DNA of 64,000 nucleotides from Enoplolaimus lenunculus (taxonomy: Eukaryota), in assembly GCA_030248215.1 (NCBI GenBank), contig JASANG010002859.1:248001-312000 (forward strand), in the 5' to 3' direction. Of this stretch, positions 1 through 13,500 are shown piece after piece (the first letter of the stretch is position 1; every line of letters begins with the position of its first letter). The notes beneath the pieces are model-generated. The model was not told the origin of the DNA. It ran no database searches and saw only the letters and a list, made by a program, of their open reading frames with translations. Both the position numbers and the translations under genes were made by a program.

Positions 1-219
1 TCGCAGTCAAAAAAATAGATTCATAACTGTTGTTGTTGTTGTTTCGTGTCAAATGAGAATTTTTTTCACAGAATAAATACATCAGGGGGTGTAACTTTCG
101 ATCAAACCCGTTTATTCAGAAGTGCCCGTAGAATTTAATTTTGAACGGCCTGCAATTGTTCCTGGCGTTTGTACAATTTCGAATTTTCACAAATTTTGGC
201 AAAAGTAGGTTTTGAAGAA

Positions 220-657
220 CAGGCTGCGACCGGATATCTGGTTACGGTTTAATATCCGGCAAACCCGACATTCATATGCGAGCCGGCAAACCCGATATTC
301 GTATCCGGTTCCGGTATAAAACTAGCGGATGCTGGATATTGACGGTTGTGGTCCCGAATACCATAAAACAGCTTTTTTTGACCCGTGGACATATTTATTC
401 AACACGTTGCTGCAATTACCTTTCTGGGCACTTAAAGCTGTTAAGTATTTTATCACTAGAATTAGAATGAAAAATCCAAACTAACAATTAACTTTAATTC
501 TGTAAATAAAAACGTAAACCTTTTGTGCGACTCAACTACTGCCAACAGTATTCATATTTTCACGCTATATCCAGTTATAATATCCGGTTTCTGTAAAAAA
601 ATTCAATATCCGGCTCTAGTTTCAGTATCCGGCGCATTAATATCCGGTCGCATCCTG
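220..657. mobile_element. hAT-like CCGGA-rich MITE
   Basis: TIR CAGGxTGCGACCGGAT...ATCCGGTCGCATCCTG; same family as 5186 and 6961. Confidence 0.75.
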
Positions 658-925
658 CTCAAGTGTCACTGAGCTCGTATATGCATGTTTTACTTCACTG
701 TAATTTCAGCTATAGAGTTTTCAACATTGTCCACAAAAGTGGCTTCACACGATAGCTGTACAGAGAACCCAGACCGTCCGAATTGTTGACTCTCTTTTGA
801 AAAGGTGACACTAATTTCTTTGACCACTCCAAAACCTCACAAACCGGTAAATAACAATCCACAAGGTTAAGTGCCATTAAGTCACAGGTTTAATACATGC
901 TTCTTCAATCATTACAGATAAAAAT

Positions 926-1072
926 GGCCCATGTTACTTTAAGGGGCGTCCAGGTTTCTGGTGGGTCTATAAAAGAGTAGGTTTTAGATTCTAGATTAAA
1001 TGGTTTTAGGCTTAGGTTTAGGCTTAGGAATACGGTTAATCTACTGGTACGCCACATAAAGTAACATTGACC
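926..1072. mobile_element. Merlin-like MITE with TTAGGC core (subfamily 1)
   Basis: TIR GGCCCATGTTACTTTAAGGGGCGT...GTAACATTGACC; internal TTAGGC/TTAGGT units. Confidence 0.75.
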
Positions 1073-2283
1073 GATATAATAATGGTATCTGTGTATCACA
1101 ATTCACCGCCGAATGATTGGCACCTACAGGGATCAGGGATTAACGAAACGGGATCGATCTCGATGAGACTCCGGACGACAATTTGCCGTAGGTGGTGGAG
1201 TTTAAAATTCTTAGCAATCACATCCGTGCAAAATTCAATAGGTATCAATGCTATAAAAGCCATATAAGGGTAATTGTGCTGCAAACATCAAACAGCCAAC
1301 GACCATTTTAAATCATCAAATTCAACAATAAAACAGCTCGATTAACCCATAATATAATTATGACGCAGTTCAACAAGGTTGGTCAGGGTTTGACTCATAC
1401 CACAAAATCTCACATTACCAATAACTCAGCATCGTGAATCATTCGGCCTGATTTAATTTAAAATATAATTTAATTTGTATACTTATTCAATAAGTGAACA
1501 CGCTTAGGTGTAGTAATTAGGTAATCAAATTTGTGGCGGAGGTATGGAATCTGGACCTCCCGTAGGATTTTGATAAAACGTGGTCGATACTATAGATCTC
1601 GACGAGCTGACTTCAACGGTACCATATTTATGGCTGCATGACCAACGGTTCAGAAGTTTTGGTGCTCGAAATTATAGTGCTAACTCGCACAGATTGGAAC
1701 AGGAAGTATTTATCATTCATGTGTTCGTAAAATATAAGCCTAACCAGATTTATTCCTTACACAAATTTGACTGCTGTTTGTACATGTTTTATATGGTAAA
1801 AAGTTAAAATTTAAAGGATCATATGAACCGAGGACCCTACAGCGTTTTAAAATGTCACCGTTGAACTCAACGCGTAGAAATCTATAAAATGAACTAAAAT
1901 TGATTTGCACAATAATTATTTGCCAACACCCTATTTCCAAACTATAAATTAAACTAGGTTTATATAGTATACGAACAAAGCTGTGTGAGCGTGTGCCGAA
2001 ATGTGTAATCGAATACAACGTTATGTGAATAATAGTGCTTTTATTTCTGTTGTTTTGATTAGCCAATCAAATCGTGAATGTCTAATCCTTAAACCCATAT
2101 AAGCCGTGTTTAATTTACAGTTTGCAAATAGGGTGAAGGCAAATACAAATAATTAAGTTGCCAACTGGGGTAAATTGCTGTTTGGTGCACGACATATATA
2201 TATAAAAGCGTACATATACGTAATACATTGAATATAAACATGTATATACAACAACGACACAACCATGCCAAACCAAAACTTAC

Positions 2284-2398
2284 CGGTTCGCTGGCTGCGT
2301 GGCGCCGACGAAAAGAACGAAGGCCGCTCGGGCCGTTTCTTAGGCGGCTCACCGTTACTGCTACGCACAAACGACAACTGATTTGGACGAGATTTCAT
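2284..2398 (-). CDS. candidate alternative first coding exon of the DUSP8/16-like gene
   Basis: ATG at 2398; MKSRPNQLSFVRSSNGEPPKKRPERPSFFSSAPRSQRT+G, then a perfect gtaagt donor in phase 1, the same phase as the DUSP exon ending at 23075. GC-richer than the surrounding intron. Confidence 0.5.
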
Positions 2399-3328
2399 AT
2401 CGCATAGATTTCAATATTAATCAAACCATAAACAATGGCTCACGTTCTTTCGTTCAAAACATTTTTGGACAGTTTATTACACAATTAATCTTTGCTTCGC
2501 CGACATACATACATATAAGCCGCCATCTGTTCCATAACACAATCCGATTATTTTCCGATCTATAACGCAACACAGCGTTTTAACAATCGAACGTCAGTAT
2601 TCGCCATCAACCTGTCTGTAACATTATAACCGCTTGAACCAGTGCCACAACCATTATCATAGTAACCCGTCGAACTCAAACTGACGAACCAGATACAATA
2701 ACCCAATCGAATAGCAATAAAACCCAATATGTTAATAGTACGTACTCCAGTGATAGGTTTCCTTCACCAGTTGATTTTCCTCAAGTAGCTTTGATTAGGC
2801 AAACAAACACACGCTTCTGATTGGCCAGACTGGCACACAAAAAAATAACGCCGAGTCAATCCGGATTTTTTGTATTTACTCGCCAGACGAATTACTCCAA
2901 CACGCGACGTGCGAGCAATTCATTTATTGCCATAACCAATTTAGCAAATACGTATCTATCAACCACATCTTTGCGTACGTTAATAGCAATCAAATAGAAT
3001 CGTAGACCATACAGCAAATACAGTAAACGAAATTAAATTCCGTTCAGTCCAAAAGAAAATACCGAAAACACTTTTTAAAAAACTGTATACTGAAGCGAAA
3101 CGGTCGTCACAACACAAACCAAATGAGATCAGAATTCAATTCAAATATATATATAATTGTAGAAATTCACATCAAATTGCAATCGTTCGGTAACGAAGCC
3201 GGTAAGGTCATATAGCTACTACTACTACTACTACTACTGCTGCTGTTATTAGTATACCTGGTCAAAACATAGTCTAAATTAATAGCTAACATGCTTAAAT
3301 TGTTTATATGTAGATATATATCTAAAAT

Positions 3329-3509
3329 GGTCCATGTATAGAACTGGGCCGGGTCGTTTTCCGGGCGGCGCTGTAATATAGTCAGTTTAAGCTTTAGACT
3401 AATTTTTTTGGCTTAGGCTTAGGAATAGGCTCATCCTTACGGTTAGGATTAGGCTTAGGCTTAGGAATATGCTTATACTACTGTTGCGTCCTTGTTCTAT
3501 ACATTGGCC
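3329..3509. mobile_element. Merlin-like MITE with TTAGGC core (subfamily 2)
   Basis: TIR GGTCCATGTATAGAAC...GTTCTATACATTGGCC; internal TTAGGC repeats. Confidence 0.75.
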
Positions 3510-4762
3510 TATAAAAATTGTTTATATATGTATATATGTATATATATATTAAAGTGAGTCGGCACATCACGCCGATTACCAAAGAATAATTATTCCGAAT
3601 GGCCCCACATATGGCACCATATGACCATTCTGTTCTGTTGTGCTTACATAATATTAATTTGCTTTATATATAATGGAAACACCACCTTACCACCGTTTCA
3701 GGTATTCACTCCATTAATACCAATAAATATAGGTAATTTACCTTAATAAACAATACATATACCTACAGGCCTGGCAAGTTTGAAAAACGAAAAAGTTGTT
3801 GGAAACGGCTAAAAATGTCTGTCTATTCGCTTCACCATCTCGAAAAAAAGATTTCGACCCCTGCACGCAACCCCTATGCCGTTCAGCATTGTAACGTATA
3901 ATCCCGTGAACAGAATGTGCTGCGAGTTCAATATCAATATAATTAAAGCTGGAATACCACTTCACATGCGGTTAATGATACACTTTAGTACTCCCGTACA
4001 AATACTGAAAAACTTCGTATTTTGTTCGACCGAATCCGGACTTATGTTACTACACAATGACACTTTTAGCTTCTGTCATCGAATCCAAAATTATCTGCTA
4101 GTATTACACACAATTTCAATGCTTAACTCGTTCCTATTGCGTGTACAAAACAACAAACTACTCGGTATGCCAGTTTAGGCAAACAGTAACAACCTTTTTT
4201 CGCTCTCACCGGTATCATACGCAGCAATCACAACCAGATTGGCAAAAAATAACCTAGGAAACCAAAACCATATGTTTGATATATAAACAAACCCATACCT
4301 TAAACATATTATATATTATGTTCATACACCTACAAGCACATGCAGTATATGTTACACACACATATATATACAATGTATACAATATATAAATAAAAATATA
4401 TATCAAACCTAATCGATCTATTGCCAGTTTAGGAAAACCCATGATGCTCATTTTTTAAATGTCTGGTGTAGAAATAGCGAATTTTGCCCGAAAAGCATTC
4501 GAATGCAGCGAGATTATGGACATTTGGACAGACTGTACTGTATCGGCCACGCGTGCCAACAACCACGACAACCTGTACTGTAAATCAATGACACTGGTTT
4601 TGGTAACTTAGTCGGTAAACAAACTATTGGCGTATATTTTCTGTAACGCGTGGGCTGAGCAGAACAGCTTACGTAATTAAGCCTTTTCTAAGCCTTAGCT
4701 TAACCCTTTGTTTAAGCGTTTGTATATAAGCATGCATACACCTAAGTCTAAGCTAAAGCCTT

Positions 4763-4989
4763 GGCACATATTCTCAAATGCGTACAGCACCTATCCGTAG
4801 TTAGCGATAGGTTTTCAAACTGACGAATACCTGCAGTTATAGATCTCAAAATTAGTATATACAGAAGTAGGGCAAATCAAACGCGAACAATGTGCTCAAT
4901 TTCGACCCTCACCATACGCTGGTTCCAAAGTTACAGGACCTATCGCCAACTGGTGATCGGTGCTACACACATTTGAGAATACGGGCTCT
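4763..4989. mobile_element. MITE with TATTCTCAAATG...AGCACC TIRs (PIF/Harbinger-like, tentative)
   Basis: Inverted termini ~30 bp; related copies at 14705-15290 and 32731-32922. Confidence 0.65.
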
Positions 4990-5185
4990 TACTTTAAATG
5001 TGGGAGAGTGTATAATAGCCAAGGGCTGGACTGGCACTAAAAATCGACGCTGATTGGCTTTTTGATATGAACCGACTCACCACACTGACTATGAGACATA
5101 ACCAAGACTGTTCACTTTATTGACTGGGCCAAAATCCACGCCCATAAGAGTTTATCCATACTTCGTATTTTTAATACCTACCACC

Positions 5186-5608
5186 CAGAGTGCTACCGGA
5201 TATCCGGTTCCAGTATCCGGTATAAACCTACCGGATACCGGATATTTACGATTGTGGCGCCCAATATCATAAATCTGCTTTTTACAAGTGAGCATCTTTA
5301 ATATCTTGCTGCGATTATATTTCTGGGCAAATCAAGAAGTTCAAACTTTGATACGTTTCAGCTAGTTTTAACTGCTGTAAGCGAGCGAGAACTAAACGCA
5401 TTTTTTGTATTTAAGTACTTACAGTCTATCAGCAGCAATTATTCACTTTATAACAGACAAAAACCTTAAGCAGCATGTTAAAAATATAGGGAAAAAATCA
5501 ATTATTTCAACATATACCGTATCCGGTATTCGGTTCCTGTTCAGGTAAAAAATTCAATATCCGGATCCGGTTCGAGTTTCCGGTTAATTAATATCCGGTC
5601 GCATCCTG
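5186..5608. mobile_element. hAT-like CCGGA-rich MITE
   Basis: CAG...CTG termini; 8-bp TSD CTACCACC/CTAGCACC. Confidence 0.8.
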
Positions 5609-6220
5609 CTAGCACCAGCTTCGCCATGTTGCACGCGCGTCTGTACACATCGACAAATGTGGTAATTTCGTAAACAAAAATCCACGTCAGTTGTTCAGTC
5701 AGCGGGCAATGTGGCTCCGCTCCAATAAACCTTTTAAATGGCGTCCGGTTTGTGTTAAGATGACAAAAATATAATATACAGCTGTTTTTCTCTGTTGATT
5801 ACAAGCTTACGCAATAAGGCGAAAAAATAACAAAACAGAACTGAACGAATGAAATATGATAAAAATGTCGGTTTCGTTTAGCTGGATCGACTCAACAACT
5901 CACTTCTTGTGGTAAAGTCATGTTTCAGGCAGCTTTTCTGTCATTTGTACGCTTCTTGCCCCACAAGCATTAGCCTGAATCTAAGCCTTTATTATTACCC
6001 AGGGACGTCCATACGGGGGCACTGGAAACCGGTGCCACCCCCCGACAGACTCGGCTTAAAAGTAAACAATCTTGAATTGCAATTGAAGGGTGCCCCCCAA
6101 AACTATTTCGTGATCACTCAGCATCGTGAATCATTCAGCTGGATTTAATTTATTAATTTAAAATATAATTCAATTTGTATACTTATTCAATAAGTGAACA
6201 CGCTTAGGTGTAGTAATCAG

Positions 6221-6622
6221 CAAGTGCAAAAAGAATTACAATTTACCGGAACCGGAATTTGAAAATTTTATCGGAACCGGAAAGTGAAAAATGCATTTCA
6301 CCAAAAATTTCATTTTAATCGTATTTTTTGCTCTATTATTTGTGAAATAACCTTAGTCGAACATAGGTATTTATTTTATTTGTTGTATTTTAGATTTTCA
6401 TCATCGACTGAAGTGAAATCCACCATCAATGGCTTATATTCGGAGTACAAATGGTTTTCAAAAGAGATTCTTAAAAATTAGCAAAGTTAAGAAAACGGCC
6501 AACTTGTAACACCGGAATTTTTAAATCCGGTAAAAATTTACCGGAACCGGAAGGTGAAAAAATGCCGGAACCGGAAAGTGAAAAAATGCCGGAACCGGAG
6601 CCGGAATTCCGGTTGCGCCCTG
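6221..6622. mobile_element. hAT-like CCGGA-rich MITE nested in another repeat
   Basis: TSD GTAATCAG/GTAATTAG; an uninterrupted paralogous site is present at ~1425-1570. Confidence 0.75.
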
Positions 6623-6960
6623 GTAATTAGGTAATAAAATTTGTGGCGGAGGTACGGAATCTGGACCCTCCTAAGAATTTAAAACGGGTCGATACTCCCA
6701 AATATAATTTTCTGCGGACGCCCCTGTTAATATCCTAAGGCAAGTATGTCAAACAATGAAAACTTTAAAACCCGTGGCCAGGAGAAATGTACATGAGCCG
6801 ATTTGCTCCACAAAACATCATAAGCAATAAGCGACCAATAACTCGGAGTCGAAGTTCCCCAAACATCTGGGATCATCAAAGCATGCGCAAGCTAAGCATG
6901 GATTTACTGTTTTCGACACGTCCACAATATTCAAATCAGCCGCTGCAGACCTCTTACAAC

Positions 6961-7358
6961 CAGGGTGCGACCGGATATTAATTTACCGGGTACAAGAACC
7001 GGATATTGTATATATTGAAATAATTTATTTTTCGCGGTATTTTTAGCGTGCTTAAGGTTTTCGTCTATTACAAACGTAATAATTGCTGCTGATATACTGA
7101 ATAATACAAAAATGCGTTTAACTATCGCGCGCTTAAGTTAAAATAGCTAAAACGTATCGAAACTTGAACTTCCTGAATTGTCCAGAAACGTAATTGCAGC
7201 CAGATATTAAATACGCTTACTTGTAAAATGCAATTTTATGACAATCGGCACCACAACCGTAGATATCCGGTATCCGGTAAGTTTATACCGCTGACACCGG
7301 AACCGGAAATCAGTTTTGCCGGATAATAAACCGGAATCGGATATCCGGTCGCACCCTG
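6961..7358. mobile_element. hAT-like CCGGA-rich MITE
   Basis: Perfect TIR CAGGGTGCGACCGGATAT; TSD CTTACAAC/TTTACAAC. Confidence 0.85.
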
Positions 7359-9625
7359 TTTACAACCTATTACAGCGCCACAAATCTTCTAATTGCAATG
7401 TATACTTGCATCGATGTTTGCTGTTTTGTTACCCTTAAAATAAAATCTCAAATCTTACGTAAAAATTGCCTGTAAACCTACAACGTAATTGTTTTTACAA
7501 CCAAAACTCATTCACAGCCAATTTTACGCGGAATTGGTAACTGTTTCGTCTACTCTCTATTCGTCCGTGGTTTCACTGGCAAGTCAGATCACTGGGCAAA
7601 CTGAAAACGTATCTCGATCCATCCTACACTAAACGAAACCAATGACGTTATTCCACTAAACCTAAACTGCCGTAGCGAGCTCGTACAAGTTCGAATCTAT
7701 AAAAATACATATATACCTATATTATGAAAATCTAAAATACAGCAGATTTACTGAATAGCTATCTCCAACTAAGGGTTATTTCACCAAATCACCAATAATA
7801 TTGCAAAAAAATTAAAATCAACAACATAGCTACGGCATGTATTTTCACATTTTCCGGTTACGTTTCCGGAAATTATTTCAAATTCAGGTTCAGAAAAATT
7901 GTAATTCCTGTTGCACCTGATATATAAAAATAAATAAATAAATAAACAAATATATGTTATATATTATATATACACATATACATATATAATATATATAATA
8001 TATATATGACAATCAAACACACACAACTACGCTCAAGCATTACCGCAATCAAGGACTCCCAATCGAACCATTCTGCCCAGCCTAGCGAAACATACGTCTA
8101 TTATCAACCATTACCTCTAGCAAACAAACTCAGGCTCGCATAAACATAAAATAACCCGTTTTTCACAAGGCACAGAAAACCGGCGCATATATCACTGAAT
8201 CGCAGCCTAACAACTCTAGAGCCCATTCCCGCAATACGCAAACCACACGGGACCGACGAACCATAGACAGTAGTTTGTGTTCTTAATAAATTACGTTCAT
8301 TTCGCGAAAAAACAACACCAACAACAACAACAATATTATGAATTGACAGCCAGTTGGAATACACGTCTACTACTATAACCACGGTCCTGGCAGCTCCCTT
8401 GCACGCCGACCAGTTAAATTGGGACCGGTATAAAACGGCAAAAATAGCTTACCCCCAGCGTTCGGATGCTTACCCGCGTCATGGCTATGCCCAAGCGCAA
8501 CCAATACAGATGAAACCCACAATTTTGTTTTAAGATTTAGTGTTCAAATTGAACGTTAACTTATCGTTGGTAAGCCATTTTTACTATTTTATATACGGCG
8601 CAGTACCGTCAGAAAATTCACAATTTACAACTGCCAACGGCATACCAACTACTATATATAAGTATACATTTAACATACTATGACTCAGACACCCCCATCC
8701 GATTAGCTACGAATCCGCAGGGGTAGGTACATCATGGTTCAAGCACAACACACCAGCTAAGCACAGTTTCTGTGGCGTGTATGCTTACCAGCGTCAAGTT
8801 TCATACGAACAGCCTAGCAATCCATCGAGATACTATGTGTATATATATTACCCAACCCACAGACAGCCATATTCAATATTCACAAGGTACCCTAAAAGAA
8901 AAACCGCATCAAAATATAGTCACATGCGAAAATATCCGTTGCGCAAAGCTGTGTCTGCGTGCGGTTAGAATGGCAATTCAAATATGTGCCTACGGTGATA
9001 AACTTAATGAATCAAAACAATCTGAATCAACTACACTATAACCAGGGTGCAACCGGAATTCCGGTTCCGGTTCCGGCATTTTTTCACCTTCCGGTTCCGG
9101 TAAATTTTTACCGGATTTAAAAATTCCGGTATTATATATAATTTGGCCGTTTTCTTAACTTTGCTAATTAAAATCAAAGCCACACCCAAAAAAAGCCATT
9201 ATGATTTCACTCAGTGATGATGAAAATCTAAAATACAACAAATAAAATAAATACCTATGTTCGACTAAGGTTATTTCACAAATAATAGAGCAAAAAATAG
9301 ATTAATGAAATTTTTGGTGAAATGCATTTTCCCCCCCCAGTTTAATATCCGGTAAAATGCGACATCCGTATCCGGTTCCGGTGTTCGGTATAAACCTACC
9401 GGATGCCGCATGTTTGTGGTTGTTGTTCCAAATATCATAAAACTGTTTTTGCACGTCAAAATACTAGATATTCTGAAGCGACTACAATTCCGAGCAATTA
9501 ATGAATGATCGCTGACATGGAATGCGATCCCTGAACCTGCTTGGGTTACATATGGTTCAAACGTTTTGACCATAACCCTTGCGGCGAAAACGAAGCAATA
9601 CGAATGTTTGCTAGAAAAACATATA

Positions 9626-10082
9626 TCTATATATTAAAGCTGGAAAGCCTAATTATGTATTTTGGGCAACGTTACAGCAAAATCACACTATGCAAATTAA
9701 TAGATGTTTGCATAGATATAAAGCTGTTATTTCGATGTTTTTAGTAAATATAATTGTTTAGATGTTTTGTGGTTTGTTCTATTAGACAAATGCAGTTTGG
9801 TGTTTCGATATGATATTTATACGTAGTCTTTAGCTATGCTCAAGTTGCGAAGTGTATTTTCCACTACACAAGTGAATCCCGGTTGAATCCTTCCTTTATT
9901 AGGAATGGATGCAGTACCGAACCAAGGACTCCATATACATTAAAATGATGATTTGATAGTTTGAGTTGTCACTAAAGCTTCAAAGCTTAGACAAGACTTG
10001 CTTAAAAACAAATACTCTTGAACATACGCCAAAACCCAGTATAATAGCAGACTTACACATGTGTTCAACTACGGATTACTAG
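9626..10082 (+). mobile_element. non-autonomous Helitron-like element
   Basis: A|TCTATATATTAAAGCTGG 5' end, subterminal palindrome ACACATGTGT, CTAG|T 3' end; related copy at 44236-44571. Confidence 0.65.
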
Positions 10083-10085
10083 TAT

Positions 10086-10284
10086 GGCCCATGTATAGAA
10101 CAGGGCCGGATCGTTTACCGGAGAGGCTGTAGTACAGTCAGTTTAAGGTTTAGACTAAATTTTATATTTAGACTTAAGCTTAGGTTTACGCTTAGGCTTA
10201 GGAATAGGCTCGTCCTTACGCTTAGGCTTAGGCTTAGGAACATGGTTTTATACTACTATTCCGGCTCTGTTCTATACATGGACC
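10086..10284. mobile_element. Merlin-like MITE with TTAGGC core (subfamily 2)
   Basis: GG...CC termini; perfect 8-bp TSD ACTAGTAT. Confidence 0.85.
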
Positions 10285-10719
10285 ACTAGTATTCTACGAA
10301 TGCCTGATGATTTTTAGCACAGACATATCACTTGATAAAATTGATTTGCATCAAATATTGCTGGCCAAATTAGTTCCAGTTATCATTCTACTTGAAGCAA
10401 AATTTACTAAGAATAATACCAAAACCAAAAACAATGAATCTACCACAATACGTCACCGACAGTATCCAACGCCAAAACCTAGCATAATACTCAGCCAAGC
10501 CTAAACATGGATGACAAATTGTCTAATCGATGACGTCATGCATTTACAAGTTGTCGGTCGACGAATTGTCGTGATACCAAAAAAATCAATGTTTCAACGC
10601 TGAAAACTTTGATTCGCCAAAAACGATTAAACACGAACGCAGCTGTGTACAAAAGTCAACCTGCTCATCTCATCCACCATTCTTTTGTCAACCGTTGTAA
10701 GTAAGCATTCAAAAAAAAT

Positions 10720-11631
10720 CAGGATGACACCGAATCTACGATTTGACCGGTTCCGAATCGATTGCTAATTTGCCGAATCCGAATCCATTGCTAATTTGCC
10801 GAATCCGAATCGATTGCTAATTTGCCGAATCCGAATCGATCGCTAATTTGCCGAATCCGAATCGATTGCTAATTTGCCGAATCCAAATCGATTGCTAATT
10901 TGCCGATTTGCCGAATCCGAATCGATTGCTAATTTGCCGAATCCGAATCGATTGCTAATTTGCCGAATCCGAATCGATTGCTAATTTGCCGAATCCGAAT
11001 CCATTGCTAATTTGCCGAATCCGAATCCATTGCTAATTTGCCGAATCCGAATCGATTGCTAATTTGCCGAATCCGAATCCATTGCTAATTTGCCGAATCC
11101 GAATCCACTGCTAATTTGCCGAATCCGAATCCATTGCTAATTTGCCGAATCCAAATCCATTGCTAATTTGCCGAATCCGAATCCACTGCTAATTTGCCGA
11201 ATCCGAATCCACTGCTAATTTGCCGAATCCGAATCCATTGCTAATTTGCCGAATCCAAATCCATTGCTAATTTGCCGAATCCGAATCGATTGCTAATTTG
11301 CCGAATCCGAATCCATTGCTAATTTGCCGAATCCGAATCCATTGCTCATTTGCCGAATCCGAATCGGAATCTTGCATATTACAAATTTCAGCTATATCTA
11401 AATAATTTGTTTCAGAATATCAACGCGATGCCAGCCGCATAACTTTTCAACGTTAATATATTTCGTGCCGTCCTCAGTTTTGAGATTTGTCACCTGAAAC
11501 ATAAATTTTTTATTAACAAAACAAGATGTTTAAATTTTTTATTGTTTAAAACTAAAAAACATATCGCCGAACACTGTTGGATTCGGCTTTTTCACAACCG
11601 AATCCGAATCCGAACCTTTGTTGCCACCGTG
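10720..11631. mobile_element. hAT-like MITE carrying an expanded 26-bp minisatellite
   Basis: Termini CAGGATGACAC.../...TTGCCACCGTG; related copies at 26195-26594 and ~27668. Confidence 0.65.
10753..11365 (+). repeat. 26-bp minisatellite, ~23 copies (CCGAATCCGAATC[G/C]ATTGCTAATTTG)
   Basis: Direct tandem repeat with period 26 and no spacers. Confidence 0.95.
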
Positions 11632-12878
11632 AACCAACTGGGACCATTCACTGGCGTAGCATATCCGCCAATTTCTGAAACGGACCCGCCACACACGCGA
11701 CCCTGATATACAACAGTGAACAAATCTCGCGAGCGAAGCAATCAAAAAGCCACGGAAATTTTAGTACCAAACGTTAACCTCTAAATATTGATTTTTATTC
11801 GTTGTGGGGCGTAGGCCTGTATGGCAACTCGCTTTCAAATGTGCCAGTGGCTACATTCGAATATTTTCAAACTAAACACCTCAGTAAGCGTCGAATCTAA
11901 TTATACAACACTCACTCAAAACTACCCAAGAAATGAAACGAAGTACTATAGACTCACTTAACCTCCACCTATAGGCCATATACGTCATACCTATATTATA
12001 AATGACGTAATCTTTAAGCCAATTTCAACACGCGCCAGTATACGTAATAATTACTCCATGGCTTCTGCTCATGCAAATCTACAAACTACCACTATCGGAT
12101 CCAAAGGTGGGGCATACGTACTCCCACCCACGTCCGCAATTATTTGCATTAAAATGATAATGTCCCTACCTTACAATTTTTGCGTTTCACAACATTTGTC
12201 AGTCCGCAAGCCCGCCCCCCGTCAAAATTTCTTGGATCCACCCGCATGTGCTAACTACTGCTGCCAATATACCTACTACTGAAACCTTGCTACCCATGAA
12301 TGAGTCATGAACGGCGAACACAACATACAACATACGGCAAACTCAAATGACCCAAATAGAGCATAAGAATCGGCTTGAAACACACCAGCCACCAGCATGT
12401 AAAATACCCTACTTATGACACACTCGTTGAACAAACCGATTTCATTCTTAGACTCGGCCCAAAAAGCCATTACAAGACCACCCATGCGTTTATGCAGGAT
12501 AGACGTAACCGCTGTTACCAACAAGGCATTTATTACTACAAACGTCTACAAAAACAGTGTAAACTGGGTGCAAATCGGAACTGGATTATACCGGAATGAT
12601 GAAAACTAAAAATTTTGTAACTGAACGGATAATTTGTATTGACAAATATAATACTGATTTAAGACGTTTGGTGGCTGGCAACAATTTTCAAAAACGTTGC
12701 ATCAACAAATTGGCGATGATTTTTGCTTCGTTAAAGCTAAACTACAATCTATTATTGACAAGTTAAGTCATCGAAATCAATTTAACAGATAAATGATACA
12801 GAATTTTTAACGCAACGTATCACAACAAGTAGGATTAAATTTAAAACATTAAAATTCCAACTCCGACTGATTGCGCAA

Positions 12879-13500
12879 TTGGAATTTCAATTCCAAAAAC
12901 ACTAAACTTTGAGAAAACAAAGGCTGAATTTTTCTTTTACCACGAAGCAACAACATCCGAAATTTGAAACTACATATTTCCGTGAATGAAATATAGTTTG
13001 CCGTTTTCAATGTTAAGCATCTGAATTCTATACACGTCAGCACTTATATATATCTACCAATTTGATTCTCGTGACCTCTCCTAATCATCCCACCCCTAAA
13101 TTTGAATTTTTGAAAAATTCGGTTTTTAAGGACCCAAAATCTTTTCCTTGGGAATAAAAAAGTTGTTTTATCAAAAATCTACACTCGTTATTGGAATTTC
13201 CATTCCAAAAACACTAAACTTTGAGAAAACAAAGGCTGAATTTTTCTTTTACCACGAAGCAACAACATCCGAAATTTGAAACTACATATTTCCGTGAATG
13301 AAATATAGTTTGCCGTTTTCAATGTTAAGCATCTGAATTCTATACACGTCAGCACTTATATATCTACCAATTTGATTCTCGTGACCTCTCCTAATCATCC
13401 CACCCCTAAATTTGAATTTTTGAAAAATTCGGTTTTTAAGGACCCAAAATCTTTTCCTTGGGAATAAAAAAGTTGTTTTATCAAAAATCTACACACGTTA
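12879..13500 (+). repeat. near-perfect ~312-bp tandem duplication
   Basis: Unit begins TTGGAATTTC(A/C)ATTCCAAAAACAC at 12879 and at 13191; copies differ at only a few positions. Confidence 0.9.

Noticed and set aside
8445..8520. Two gtaagc donors on the minus strand as another alternative DUSP first exon
   Set aside because: The only ATG-initiated frame ends in phase 0, and the phase-1 frame has no ATG. It could be a non-coding exon but is unsupported.
10753..11365. Regular 26-bp repeat array as a CRISPR
   Set aside because: The units are head-to-tail with no unique spacers, the context is eukaryotic and no cas genes are present; it is a minisatellite.
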